From NCBI GenBank assembly GCA_905235515.1, contig CAJOLV010000003.1:5680-69679 (forward strand): DNA of 64,000 nucleotides, written 5' to 3'. Position 1 is the first letter of the stretch. Every line of letters begins with the position of its first letter. The position numbers were made by a program, and so were the translations under genes. Source of the DNA: an uncultured Bacilli bacterium (GTDB taxonomy: Bacteria > Bacillota_I > Bacilli_A > RFN20 > CAG-826). Shown here piece after piece: positions 50,339-59,218 of the stretch. The notes beneath the pieces were generated by a model that worked only from the letters and a program-made list of their open reading frames with translations, did no database searches and was not told the origin of the DNA.

Positions 50339-51871
50339 TTATGCATAGAAGACATCTCTTTTATTAAAAGCATTATTGGATGATCTAAAGTCAGAGGCAT
50401 AGAGGGTGTGTCCGCCTTGATTATATTGATTTTCTAATAACCAATCTTTTAATATGGTGCGATAGTTTTTATCTAATTTAATATGTTCCTCGATTGGTTT
50501 GTTATCAATTGATGGTAATCGATCGTAATATCTTCTCGTATTAGTGTGAAACGCGATATAGTCAATTGTGGCGATAGTTATTGTTTTGTTATCGCTTAAT
50601 GTGATAGGTGTATCTTTGTCTTTACATATCCAACTATCTGACATGACCTGATTAATATATTCATTTTTAGTTATTTCAAAGATATATATATCATTATCAA
50701 ATGGGAATGCTTCATAGATATCTGCATATGTCCAAGTTCCCCTTGGCAAATAGTGTCTGGCTTGATTGCAATAGCTGAAATCAATATCGTAACCACACTC
50801 CTTAGAGTAGTCATAGATAGCTTTACACATGACCATTGGAGCCTCTTCAGTTGCATCAAAGGAGCCATTCACATTAGTGGCCAATATTTGACTAGCTTCT
50901 TGCTCACACTCTGTAGCGTAGGTATCAATAATCGCTTGTATAGTAGGATTAATAGTTTTCACACTAGAATTCACTGTAGATGTGGAAATAGTTTTAAATG
51001 TATCGGTAGTGACTTCGTTGGTGTTTTTATGATAAGTCAATTCAATATATCCTAATCCATTAGTGTTACTACCAAATTGACCATAATATAATGTCTTATC
51101 TTCGATATATTTTTCATTTTGATGGCTATGTCCACATAACACTAAATCGACATAATTAGATAATCCATATCCTTTTAAATCGTCTTGATCAGCGTGACAA
51201 CAGGCAATAACAATTTGGCAGCCCTCTTCTCTTAACTTACTAGCTTCTTTTTTAATGACATCAACATGGTTTTTAAATGTTAATTCTCTCACATAAAAGG
51301 AGTTTATGGAGGCGATTTGTTTGTCACCAATTGTCCCCACTATCCCGACTTTTACATCTTCATCAAATGTATATGTCACTGTGGTGACACCAATTTGACT
51401 TTGTTGAATAGAACCCACTCTTTTAGTGGTAAAGTCAAAATCATAGACATTCGCTGCTAAAACAGGAGTCTTATACCCTAGAAATTCTCTATTCGTGTTA
51501 TTAATTAGATATTGGGCGCCCCAGTCAAAGTCATGATTGCCAACAGTGCGAGCGTCATAATGAACATAGTTCATAATGTCAGTAATCATATTGCCATAAT
51601 TGATATTGGAGTAAATACTCCCTTGCCAAGTGTCACCTTGATCCAATAGTAAAACATTATCTTCACTATCTTTTTTATCTTTAAGATAAGTCATTAGTTT
51701 ACCAACGCCAATGCGATTAGATTCAGGATAGACTTGTCCGTGTATATCATTTGTGGCATATATTCTAATCACTGTGTCCCCTATTTCTCTTTTCTCGTGG
51801 CAAGCACAAACTGAGATTAATAGAGATACAATAGTGACACTTAAACCAAATAATTTATGAGTAGACTTCAT
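50339..51871 (-). CDS. Lipoprotein 5'-nucleotidase / bifunctional metallophosphatase (UshA-like)
   Basis: Signal peptide with lipobox LLISVCAC. Calcineurin-like motifs NDIHG, DQGD and GNHDF, plus a C-terminal 5'-nucleotidase substrate-binding domain. Start taken at the second ATG (MKSTHKLF...). Confidence 0.8.
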   Translation of the reverse strand: MKSTHKLFGLSVTIVSLLISVCACHEKREIGDTVIRIYATNDIHGQVYPESNRIGVGKLMTYLKDKKDSEDNVLLLDQGDTWQGSIYSNINYGNMITDIMNYVHYDARTVGNHDFDWGAQYLINNTNREFLGYKTPVLAANVYDFDFTTKRVGSIQQSQIGVTTVTYTFDEDVKVGIVGTIGDKQIASINSFYVRELTFKNHVDVIKKEASKLREEGCQIVIACCHADQDDLKGYGLSNYVDLVLCGHSHQNEKYIEDKTLYYGQFGSNTNGLGYIELTYHKNTNEVTTDTFKTISTSTVNSSVKTINPTIQAIIDTYATECEQEASQILATNVNGSFDATEEAPMVMCKAIYDYSKECGYDIDFSYCNQARHYLPRGTWTYADIYEAFPFDNDIYIFEITKNEYINQVMSDSWICKDKDTPITLSDNKTITIATIDYIAFHTNTRRYYDRLPSIDNKPIEEHIKLDKNYRTILKDWLLENQYNQGGHTLYASDFRSSNNAFNKRDVFYA

Positions 51872-52240
51872 ACACATTTATGATATGCAAATAAGTTATT
51901 TAAGCAAAGAAATATATTAAACAATCTATTCACAAGGAGGCCTATCTATAGGCCCAGAACGGATTATCTATCTTTTATGATTGTTTACTTTTGATGTCAA
52001 AATAAGGAATTACTTTTTAAATACAAAAATTTTTATTGATTTAAAGATAATAAATATGGTGGGTTTTGAGATTTATCAAATATATGATTTATTACACAAT
52101 TATCACTCTCTAAGGGAACGGAAATTACTTTAAGAATTCACGGTTAACAAATTAAAAAGCAATTTCAGTTATCACTAACTAAAACTGCATATACATCAGA
52201 TAGCCACAACATGAGGCAAAAGACTTCTGAAGAACGTTTT

Positions 52241-53293
52241 TTAATTCTTTTTCCAGTAGTAACTAACACCATTAGTGTTACCAACCTTCTCAATTAATCC
52301 TTCCTTAAGAAGTCTAGATAATTCTAATTCAATGGTGCTATAGGAAATATCGGGCCAAAAATTATGGATTTCTTCTTTGGTAATTTTACCAAGAGTTTGC
52401 TTTATAGTTTCCTCAACTCTTTCGGCTTTAGAAAGCTTCTTGTCCTTAATAATGATATAGCGGCCAGCCAGTTCATTATATGTGGACAAAAGCATAAGTA
52501 AGAAATTTTCTATAAAAGGCCAATAAGAGTTTTGATTATCTGCCCATCCAGTAGATGATTCATAAAGTTTTTGATAATATGCTCCTTTGTTTTTGTTAAT
52601 CATATATTCCAAAGAAACATATTTGCCCACATCATATCCACTTTTATAAAGAAGTAACAAAGAAATTAATCTAGACATTCTTCCGTTTCCGTCTTCAAAT
52701 GGGTGAATACATAAAAAATCTAAAACAAAACACGGAATTAATAATAGAGGATTGATGTTGGAATTTTGTCTCGCTTCAAAGAAAGCTAATATCATTTGCT
52801 CCATTGATTCTGGAGTTTCTATCGCATTGACTGGTATATATCTTATAGATCTACTGCCATCAGGATTCTTTTGAGCAATAACATTATCAACTTGTTTCCA
52901 ACTTCCTCTAGTTGATGTCTGAGCGTGTTCCAAAAGAATTCTATGTAGCAACAATAATTGTCTTGCATCGACATCCATTGTCATGTATTCATTATGAATT
53001 CTTTCTAAAGCGTCCCTATAACCGGCAATTTCTTTTTCGTTGTGGTTTAAAGGCTCAGTATCTTTATTAACAATGCTTTCTATTCTTTTATCAGTGGTAA
53101 CAATACCTTCAATGGCATTACTGGCCTTAACAGATTGAATTTTAGCAATCTTCACTAAATTGATAAAAACCTTAGGATAATTTGTTTTAAAAGTATCAGA
53201 AAGGTTTTTGTTTCTTTCAATTGCAAATAAATATGAGGCTATATTTGATGGGATAGCTTCTTTTTCCAAAAACGAATAATCGTATTTTCTCAT
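52241..53293 (-). CDS. Fic-family protein (AMPylator-type) with N-terminal inhibitory motif and C-terminal winged helix
   Basis: 350 aa. Fic motif HPFEDGNGRMSRL, an inhibitory-helix-like SNAIEG upstream, and a C-terminal wHTH-like region (LIEKVGNTNGVSYY). Confidence 0.9.
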   Translation of the reverse strand: MRKYDYSFLEKEAIPSNIASYLFAIERNKNLSDTFKTNYPKVFINLVKIAKIQSVKASNAIEGIVTTDKRIESIVNKDTEPLNHNEKEIAGYRDALERIHNEYMTMDVDARQLLLLHRILLEHAQTSTRGSWKQVDNVIAQKNPDGSRSIRYIPVNAIETPESMEQMILAFFEARQNSNINPLLLIPCFVLDFLCIHPFEDGNGRMSRLISLLLLYKSGYDVGKYVSLEYMINKNKGAYYQKLYESSTGWADNQNSYWPFIENFLLMLLSTYNELAGRYIIIKDKKLSKAERVEETIKQTLGKITKEEIHNFWPDISYSTIELELSRLLKEGLIEKVGNTNGVSYYWKKN

Positions 53294-53422
53294 AGCAAGG
53301 CTCCTATCTGCATAAAATATATAGCATTTTAGTTAAATAATCAATCAATAAGTGGATATATTTGCCTAATTTGACGCTGTTTTTAGTTAAATAAAAGCAC
53401 CAAGCTCTACCACATTAATTTT

Positions 53423-53698
53423 TTGTCATTTTTTAACGCTAAATTAAATGTGACAAAATTAATAACATTAATCATCTTCACATTAACATGCTGGGGGGCA
53501 CCATTATGTATTCAAATACCATTTCTAATTATTGATTTATTGTTAGAGAAAAAGGCTATCAAAGTAATAGTTAAAATAATCTTTGTAATAATATCTTTGA
53601 TTCTTTTCTTTTTGGTTCCTAGTTCAATAAGAGTTTCAATAGCTTTATTCTTTCTTCAACTGCTAATTGAATATCTTGTTTCTGATAAATTTAGCTAA
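53423..53698 (+). CDS. Hypothetical small hydrophobic protein (doubtful)
   Basis: 91-aa ORF that is almost entirely hydrophobic and AT-rich. No RBS or domain. Could be an AT-rich artefact. Confidence 0.2.
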   Translation: MSFFNAKLNVTKLITLIIFTLTCWGAPLCIQIPFLIIDLLLEKKAIKVIVKIIFVIISLILFFLVPSSIRVSIALFFLQLLIEYLVSDKFS

Positions 53699-53812
53699 TT
53701 TATTTATTCAATTGTAAATACCAAATTTATAGATGTCTTTAACGTACTGTAACAATCCCTAATTTTTCAAAATGCAAAAATATTCATACTGTAACAATCC
53801 CAATTAGAGGTG

Positions 53813-53879
53813 TGTTAAACATATATCTATATTATTCTATAATATAGTGTGTTAAGTTTTAGATACGCTGATAATAGTA
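53813..53879. repeat. Copy A of a repeated ~67-bp promoter/operator-like element containing a perfect 9-bp inverted repeat CTATATTAT-tct-ATAATATAG
   Basis: GTTAAAC-ATATAT-CTATATTAT-TCT-ATAATATAG-TGTGTTAAGTTTTAGATACGCTGATAATAGTA is about 80% identical to copy B at 56954-57020. It carries a -35-like TTAAAC and a -10-like TATAAT. Confidence 0.6.
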
Positions 53880-54035
53880 AGAAAAAATGCCTTTAGATTA
53901 AAAGCTGGCACGACTATATTAATCCAAATGGTATAAATGCGAGTAAAATTGCGCTTGATTGTGAAAAAGATTATTAACCGACTATAATAATCCCGTATAA
54001 AAACAGAATAATTTCGGTGTGCCTAGAAAAGATTA

Positions 54036-54770
54036 TTATTTAAATGCGTTCTTATCAAATGTTATCAATTTATATCCGTGAATTTGAAAATAAAAATCGT
54101 TAACATAGTTTTTAATCCATTCAACCTTTGAAATTGAACTTTCATTATGATTGTCATGGGCTAAGATGGCAGAATTTATGATATTATTAGCAACTCTATT
54201 TTTTAACGCTTTTCGAATCTTTTCATTAAAGAAGAATAGCGGATTTACACACACGGATGAATCTGAGTCTTTAAAAAACGGTTTATCAAATTGCCTTGTA
54301 GGCATGGATTCGATATCAATATTTTCTAAAACATTTTTATCAATAATTGTTCTAGGGTATATAGCCACTTTGGATTCAAGCTCATAAGCTCTAATTAACG
54401 ATTCACCTAAAACTATTTCAGAATCAATATGAAGCAACCCTTTAACGATTGCACCACGAACAAGTAATTCATAAACTGATAAACATTCTACAGCAAAACC
54501 AGCAGCAACATTAAAAAGCGAATTGAGTGATTCGGTTGGATTATCACCATTAATTTTCACAGCAAATAAAAAATTATCTGAAAAAGATCTAATAATCACA
54601 TCTTTTGAACGATGTTTTTTTATAAAATTGCTGACAAGCCAAAGCTTAGAAAAAGTGCTTTTTTCATCTTTTTTTAAGCTTGCCTTTGTACCCAAGGCAT
54701 CAAAATATGCAACGTAATACTCTTCACACGTCAATTCTTTATCTGGTAAGCCGTTGATAATCAAGCTCAT
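54036..54770 (-). CDS. Hypothetical protein (244 aa), third gene of the AbiEi-like/ATPase operon, with weak class-III nucleotidyl-cyclase-like sequence features
   Basis: Translationally coupled to the upstream ATPase. Segments YFDALGTKA and, about 40 aa later, IRSFSDNFLFAV resemble the two metal-binding Asp strands of cyclase/palm domains. VLGESLIRAYELES resembles the cyclase signature VWGDTVNLASRMES, but the key N and R are not conserved. No confident family assignment. Confidence 0.5.
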   Translation of the reverse strand: MSLIINGLPDKELTCEEYYVAYFDALGTKASLKKDEKSTFSKLWLVSNFIKKHRSKDVIIRSFSDNFLFAVKINGDNPTESLNSLFNVAAGFAVECLSVYELLVRGAIVKGLLHIDSEIVLGESLIRAYELESKVAIYPRTIIDKNVLENIDIESMPTRQFDKPFFKDSDSSVCVNPLFFFNEKIRKALKNRVANNIINSAILAHDNHNESSISKVEWIKNYVNDFYFQIHGYKLITFDKNAFK

Positions 54771-56011
54771 TAGTTAAACCGCCTATTCTCTTCCATGAAC
54801 TTCATTAAGTTTGCATGTATAATTCCGTTTCTCTTTTGGATTAAGAAATCTGTAGTCAATACATACTTAGGAAAATTATCTTGAATCTTTTCTAAAGGAG
54901 CATACTCTCTATTTTCTGTATCTTCACTGCTTAAGATAGTATATGCAACTTGAACATAAGAATAATTTAAGAATAAGTCTTTCAAGATAAAATCACATTC
55001 TAATGCGCCAATTCTACCAACTGATACATCATAGTTCTTAGATTTGGCATAAAGATATGCAACATTTTCCAGTGCGGGTCCGTAGTTAATTTTGCTATTT
55101 GGATTTGTAAATTGTGCAAACGATAAGTCGGCTAGATAGTATTTCTTTTCATTTTGAAACATCTTTCTGGACTTCATATCGAATCTGCCACATTCATAAA
55201 TAATCTTGGCATCAATCAGATGTTGAATATACTTCGCTACTGTGCGGAATTGGATGGCAATGCCATTCTTGTTTAAATCTTTAACAATGTTATTAATGCT
55301 GGTTGTGGCTCCATAATTATTAATGATGTAATCTCTAACCAAATTAAAGACTTCGACATTCTTGATTTTTACTCGCTTCTTAATGTCTTTCTTAAAGATT
55401 TCGTCCACTATTTCACTAATGTATACTTTTTTAGCGGCGATATCAGGTAAGAACAGTGTTCTTGGAAAACCGCCTTCAACAATATAGTGTTCTAATTCAA
55501 TAGAAAGATTTCCGTCCACTGGCATCTTGTAGAATTTTTTCATGTCTAAGTATTCGTAGAAATTAAGAGGAAAAACCTCAAATTCAAGATATCGTCCAGT
55601 AAGATGCGTCATCAATTCTCCGCTGAGAAGATAGGAATTGCTACCAGTTATGAAAATTGAATAATCTTCTTCAGCTCTAAATGCATTTATCATTCTCTCG
55701 AAATCTTTAACATTTTGAATCTCATCAATAAATAAATACTTAGTGCCTTTTATTCCTTTGGATAATTTATCAATCAATTCTTCAAGAGCATCCGGAGTTT
55801 TAATCTTTGTATATCCTCTTTTATCTAAATCAATATAAATAATATTGTTAGGATTCACTCCACCTTCAACTATTTCCTCACTTATCATTTGCATGATGGA
55901 AGATTTTCCGGATCTACGAACACCAGTAATAACTTTAATTAAATCATTTTCATGGTAAAAAGGTCTGATTCTAGATAAATAATTTTCTCTTTTGTAAAGC
56001 TTCTTTTTCAT
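54770..56011 (-). CDS. COG1373-type AAA+ ATPase (AAA_14 domain + C-terminal DUF4143)
   Basis: Walker A GVRRSGKSS about 35 aa from the ATG at 56011 and Walker B LFIDEIQ. The C-terminal region has the DUF4143 length and pattern. The ORF-track start at 56065 adds 18 aa with no RBS. Confidence 0.8.
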   Translation of the reverse strand: MKKKLYKRENYLSRIRPFYHENDLIKVITGVRRSGKSSIMQMISEEIVEGGVNPNNIIYIDLDKRGYTKIKTPDALEELIDKLSKGIKGTKYLFIDEIQNVKDFERMINAFRAEEDYSIFITGSNSYLLSGELMTHLTGRYLEFEVFPLNFYEYLDMKKFYKMPVDGNLSIELEHYIVEGGFPRTLFLPDIAAKKVYISEIVDEIFKKDIKKRVKIKNVEVFNLVRDYIINNYGATTSINNIVKDLNKNGIAIQFRTVAKYIQHLIDAKIIYECGRFDMKSRKMFQNEKKYYLADLSFAQFTNPNSKINYGPALENVAYLYAKSKNYDVSVGRIGALECDFILKDLFLNYSYVQVAYTILSSEDTENREYAPLEKIQDNFPKYVLTTDFLIQKRNGIIHANLMKFMEENRRFN

Positions 56012-56118
56012 ATTTTCTGACTCTATATTATCTATTTTTCTAGTTAAATGCAAGTTATCGCACAATAATTTACAATATTTTAAGATTTTAGTGCCATAAC
56101 CGCCATTTATCTCACATT

Positions 56119-56745
56119 TTATAGTCCTAACAGCAGATTGTGGATATTATTTTCGATTCCTAAATTATCTAGTACGGTCTTCAATCTAACAAATGTTATC
56201 TGATTGTATTCGGCTAAAAGATGTGTCGTAATATATTCATCTTTATATCCTTTGGCGAGTTCATTTAAAACTTCGATATTCTCTAAGCATTCAATCTTTG
56301 TTTGTTGGCTTAATATTTCAAGAAGCTCTCTAAAGGATCTATTGTCTTTAGTTATCATTGTTTTAGTTGGAATAATCTTGTTATTGCCAATAGCCTTATT
56401 CCTTTTTACATAGCACTTAATCTCAACGCAACTAGGCGCATCTTCTATTAATCTATATTTATATAATAAGGATAGGCCTGATAGCATTCCGTAGTTATTA
56501 TCAACATAGAAATCTACCATTGCTTTTTGAATATCTTCTTCAGTTGGATTCTTGCCAATATAATAAACACCTTTACCAATCTGGGTCATTTTAAGAACAG
56601 CGTTAGCTCTAGTGAGATATTGCCTAAAAGAATCGAAATCATTTGTTTGAAAATAGTGGGTAGCTAAAATCTCCACATCAAATATGGTGTTCTGATGTGT
56701 TCTCCCATAATTAATAATTTGTTGTACGATAGATAAATTTTCCAT
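56119..56745 (-). CDS. AbiEi-family-like regulator/antitoxin (winged HTH)
   Basis: 208 aa. RANAVLKMTQIGKGVYYIG (the xGVY motif of the AbiEi N-domain) and YGMLSGLSLLYKYRLIED (the GxLSGxSA...GL-like motif). First gene of an operon with the AAA ATPase. Confidence 0.5.
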   Translation of the reverse strand: MENLSIVQQIINYGRTHQNTIFDVEILATHYFQTNDFDSFRQYLTRANAVLKMTQIGKGVYYIGKNPTEEDIQKAMVDFYVDNNYGMLSGLSLLYKYRLIEDAPSCVEIKCYVKRNKAIGNNKIIPTKTMITKDNRSFRELLEILSQQTKIECLENIEVLNELAKGYKDEYITTHLLAEYNQITFVRLKTVLDNLGIENNIHNLLLGL

Positions 56746-56953
56746 ACACCTATATTATATATAAATGCAATTGCGAGACAAGTTAAAATATCAAAAATTA
56801 CTTGATACTTTACTTTATATATTTTATATATAATAATGAGTATATCAAAATACTACTGTCTCGCAAGTCCCCATTGTCTTTCACCGGCTGTATAAATACC
56901 AATTTTATAAATGAATAAAAAGTTTTCGACTATAATAACACCATCAAAAAGCA

Positions 56954-57020
56954 TGTTAAATCTATATACTATATTATAAATAATATAGTGCGTTAATCTC
57001 AAGATACACTGATAATAGTA
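56954..57020. repeat. Copy B of the ~67-bp palindromic promoter/operator-like element (CTATATTAT-aa-ATAATATAG)
   Basis: GTTAAATCTATATA-CTATATTAT-AA-ATAATATAG-TGCGTTAATCTCAAGATACACTGATAATAGTA. Lies about 210 bp upstream of the AbiEi-like gene start. The minus-strand reading gives -35 TTGAGA, an 18-nt spacer and -10 TATAAT. Confidence 0.6.
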
Positions 57021-57248
57021 GCCTTCTTCAAACTGCAATATGCTGTTTTTAATAAGTGTTTCACTTTCAACAGTATTTGATTTGCAAAAAAGTTATCAAT
57101 ATAATACTAGTCCATAAAAAAGAAGTGTTAATTAAACTAATAATCTCATTTCTATTTTCAATTTGAGACTTTTTAAGATGATTAGATAATTGGCTTTCAA
57201 ATAATGAATCTAAATCGTTTGACATTCTTTTTTATTATATAAACTCAA

Positions 57249-58349
57249 TTAAAATGATCCAAATTTCGGATTCTTTCTAGCATTCATGTATGCGCATTTT
57301 CTTAATTCACTATATAGTTCCTTATCTTGAAGCGCTAATTGAATTTTTTGTTTATATTTGCCAAAAAAACAGGTTGAATCAAGTATCTCAACTGAGCCAA
57401 TATCGTTATTGAACAATATTTTGGTCGCCAAAACATAAACTTTTGTTGCCATTTTAATGAGCGCTTCACTAGAAACACTTCCGCCTAAAACATAGGCATT
57501 AAAACCATTTAATCCTTGCATTAAAATTTTATATTCATCTTTTGGACCAAACTCACCATAATCAATAATGTTTGAACAAGTCAAAATCGTGTCTTCCAAA
57601 CAATCTTCGACTTTATTGACATTCTTATAATAAGGGATCGAATTAGTTATTAATTTACGATATGTTTTAGAAATTAATTCAAAATCAGTTGAATAATCGA
57701 GAAGAGTAGAAACATCATATAACTGTTTAATTATCTCAATATGTTTTGGTCTTTCATCTTTATAATAGTCGGTGAATTTAATACCAGATGTATGAGGGGC
57801 AAATGCCACTAATTTGTCGCCAATTAATTCATCAACGGTTGGTAAATTAACTTTATAAAACGGCTCTTCAAAAACAAATAACTCATTATCTATATTTTTA
57901 ATTTGAACAACAGAATAAGTATTGTCTTCAAAAACAATATCTAGCAAAACAAAAGACTCCTCAACTTCTTCGTCGATTATGGATTCATAATTAAACTGAA
58001 AATGGGCTTTGTCTACACCTGGTTTTGGTGGTCTTATTTGTTCATTAATTTCGCTAAAGAAATCAGACTTAATGTTTTTAATTTTGTTGATAATTTCTTC
58101 TTTTTTGCTATTTGGACACAAAATGTCTATATCAATAGATAGACGATTCAACTTATTCAAGAGAAGCAAAATCGAAGTGCCGCCTTTAAAAATAAAATCG
58201 ATCTCGTTTTCCACTAGTGTTTCCAAAACTTTAAAAGCATATGCAAGTTTCTCTAAATGTTCATTACTTACATTTTGAGTTTTGGCTATTTTATTTATTC
58301 TTTCTTTGTCGAAGTTTTTATTGCTAATCATATCGTATTGCCCTCTCAA
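57249..58349 (-). CDS. AbiEii/AbiGii-family nucleotidyltransferase (type IV TA toxin)
   Basis: 366 aa. The FIFKGGTSILLLL...RLSIDIDIL pattern matches the AbiEii GGT(S/A)L and RxSxDxD motifs. Overlaps the upstream partner by 26 nt. Confidence 0.8.
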   Translation of the reverse strand: MRGQYDMISNKNFDKERINKIAKTQNVSNEHLEKLAYAFKVLETLVENEIDFIFKGGTSILLLLNKLNRLSIDIDILCPNSKKEEIINKIKNIKSDFFSEINEQIRPPKPGVDKAHFQFNYESIIDEEVEESFVLLDIVFEDNTYSVVQIKNIDNELFVFEEPFYKVNLPTVDELIGDKLVAFAPHTSGIKFTDYYKDERPKHIEIIKQLYDVSTLLDYSTDFELISKTYRKLITNSIPYYKNVNKVEDCLEDTILTCSNIIDYGEFGPKDEYKILMQGLNGFNAYVLGGSVSSEALIKMATKVYVLATKILFNNDIGSVEILDSTCFFGKYKQKIQLALQDKELYSELRKCAYMNARKNPKFGSF

Positions 58350-59085
58350 ATTCTGGGTTTGCTTTTTTCAATGTTGATAAAACTTTTTGTTGTCTATTTC
58401 TTTTGGTGGCATAACGAAGAAGGGTAGAATAATTGATGGAATACCGTTTGATTAGTTCGGAGTAAATATGTGGTATCTCATTAGATAACATTTCATCCAA
58501 AAAAGAATCTGAAACAATATCCACCATCATTTTTTCCAATTTAGGCTGCGTTAATCTAGGGCCTTCTTCTTTCTTTTTGCACCTGTAAATGGGTGCATCT
58601 TCATTAAAATTTTTCACTACATAAATCGTTCTATCTGTATTGTATTTTGAAAAAGTTTTCAAATCTTTATAGAAAACCGCAGAAATTCCTTTTTCTTTTA
58701 ATTTATTAATCACATGTTCTGTTGCAAACTTCTGGCACTCAAAGATAACGAAGTTCTTATTCGGAATCAAATGCGAGTATTTTGAAATCCAAGACGAATC
58801 CCAAACAGAAACATCATAATCAATAACATCTCCTTCAAAATAAAAGAAATATTTATCCAACATCTTTTTTTTGAAAGAAGGAAGAATGTTATTAATTTTG
58901 TATTTGTTAAAACTATATTTGGAGATAATGTTGTCTTTGCAAAGCTCATCCACAACCATATAAATCTCGTGTTGTTCCTTTATTTTCATTTGTGACGAAA
59001 CAATCTTAAAAAGTTCATCTTTGGCGATGAAGTCACTTTTTTTGGCTTTCTCTTCAATAATTACAATCAATTTCCTATTTTTCAT
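58324..59085 (-). CDS. AbiEi-like antitoxin / transcriptional regulator partner of AbiEii
   Basis: 253-aa gene immediately upstream of, and overlapping, the AbiEii NTase gene (the canonical AbiEi-AbiEii arrangement). Assignment is mainly positional; sequence similarity to AbiEi is weak. Confidence 0.5.
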   Translation of the reverse strand: MKNRKLIVIIEEKAKKSDFIAKDELFKIVSSQMKIKEQHEIYMVVDELCKDNIISKYSFNKYKINNILPSFKKKMLDKYFFYFEGDVIDYDVSVWDSSWISKYSHLIPNKNFVIFECQKFATEHVINKLKEKGISAVFYKDLKTFSKYNTDRTIYVVKNFNEDAPIYRCKKKEEGPRLTQPKLEKMMVDIVSDSFLDEMLSNEIPHIYSELIKRYSINYSTLLRYATKRNRQQKVLSTLKKANPEFERAIRYD

Positions 59086-59218
59086 AAAATCGGGTTTTTT
59101 CTAATGTTTTACCCGTTTTCATATTACAAAATTATCGTTAGATAGTAAAGAAAAAATGGTTTGTAGAGTTATCTTTACCAATAGGTGTTGATTTCAATTT
59201 TTGCTTATAAATATTGTA

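Noticed and set aside
51937-51956. Palindrome GGCCTAT-ct-ATAGGCC between the Fic and 5'-nucleotidase genes
   Set aside because: It is not followed by a U-tract on either strand, so it is not a terminator. It is a single occurrence and could be a protein-binding site, but there is no supporting context.
53700-54035. Possible CRISPR array or tRNA in AT-rich non-coding stretches of the island
   Set aside because: There are only two copies of a 15-nt repeat and two distant copies of a 67-bp element. There are no regularly spaced repeat-spacer units. No cloverleaf-capable tRNA-like sequences were found in any intergenic region scanned.
56853-57038. 61-aa minus-strand ORF
   Set aside because: It overlaps the conserved palindromic repeat element, has an odd composition and no RBS. 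It is likely non-coding.
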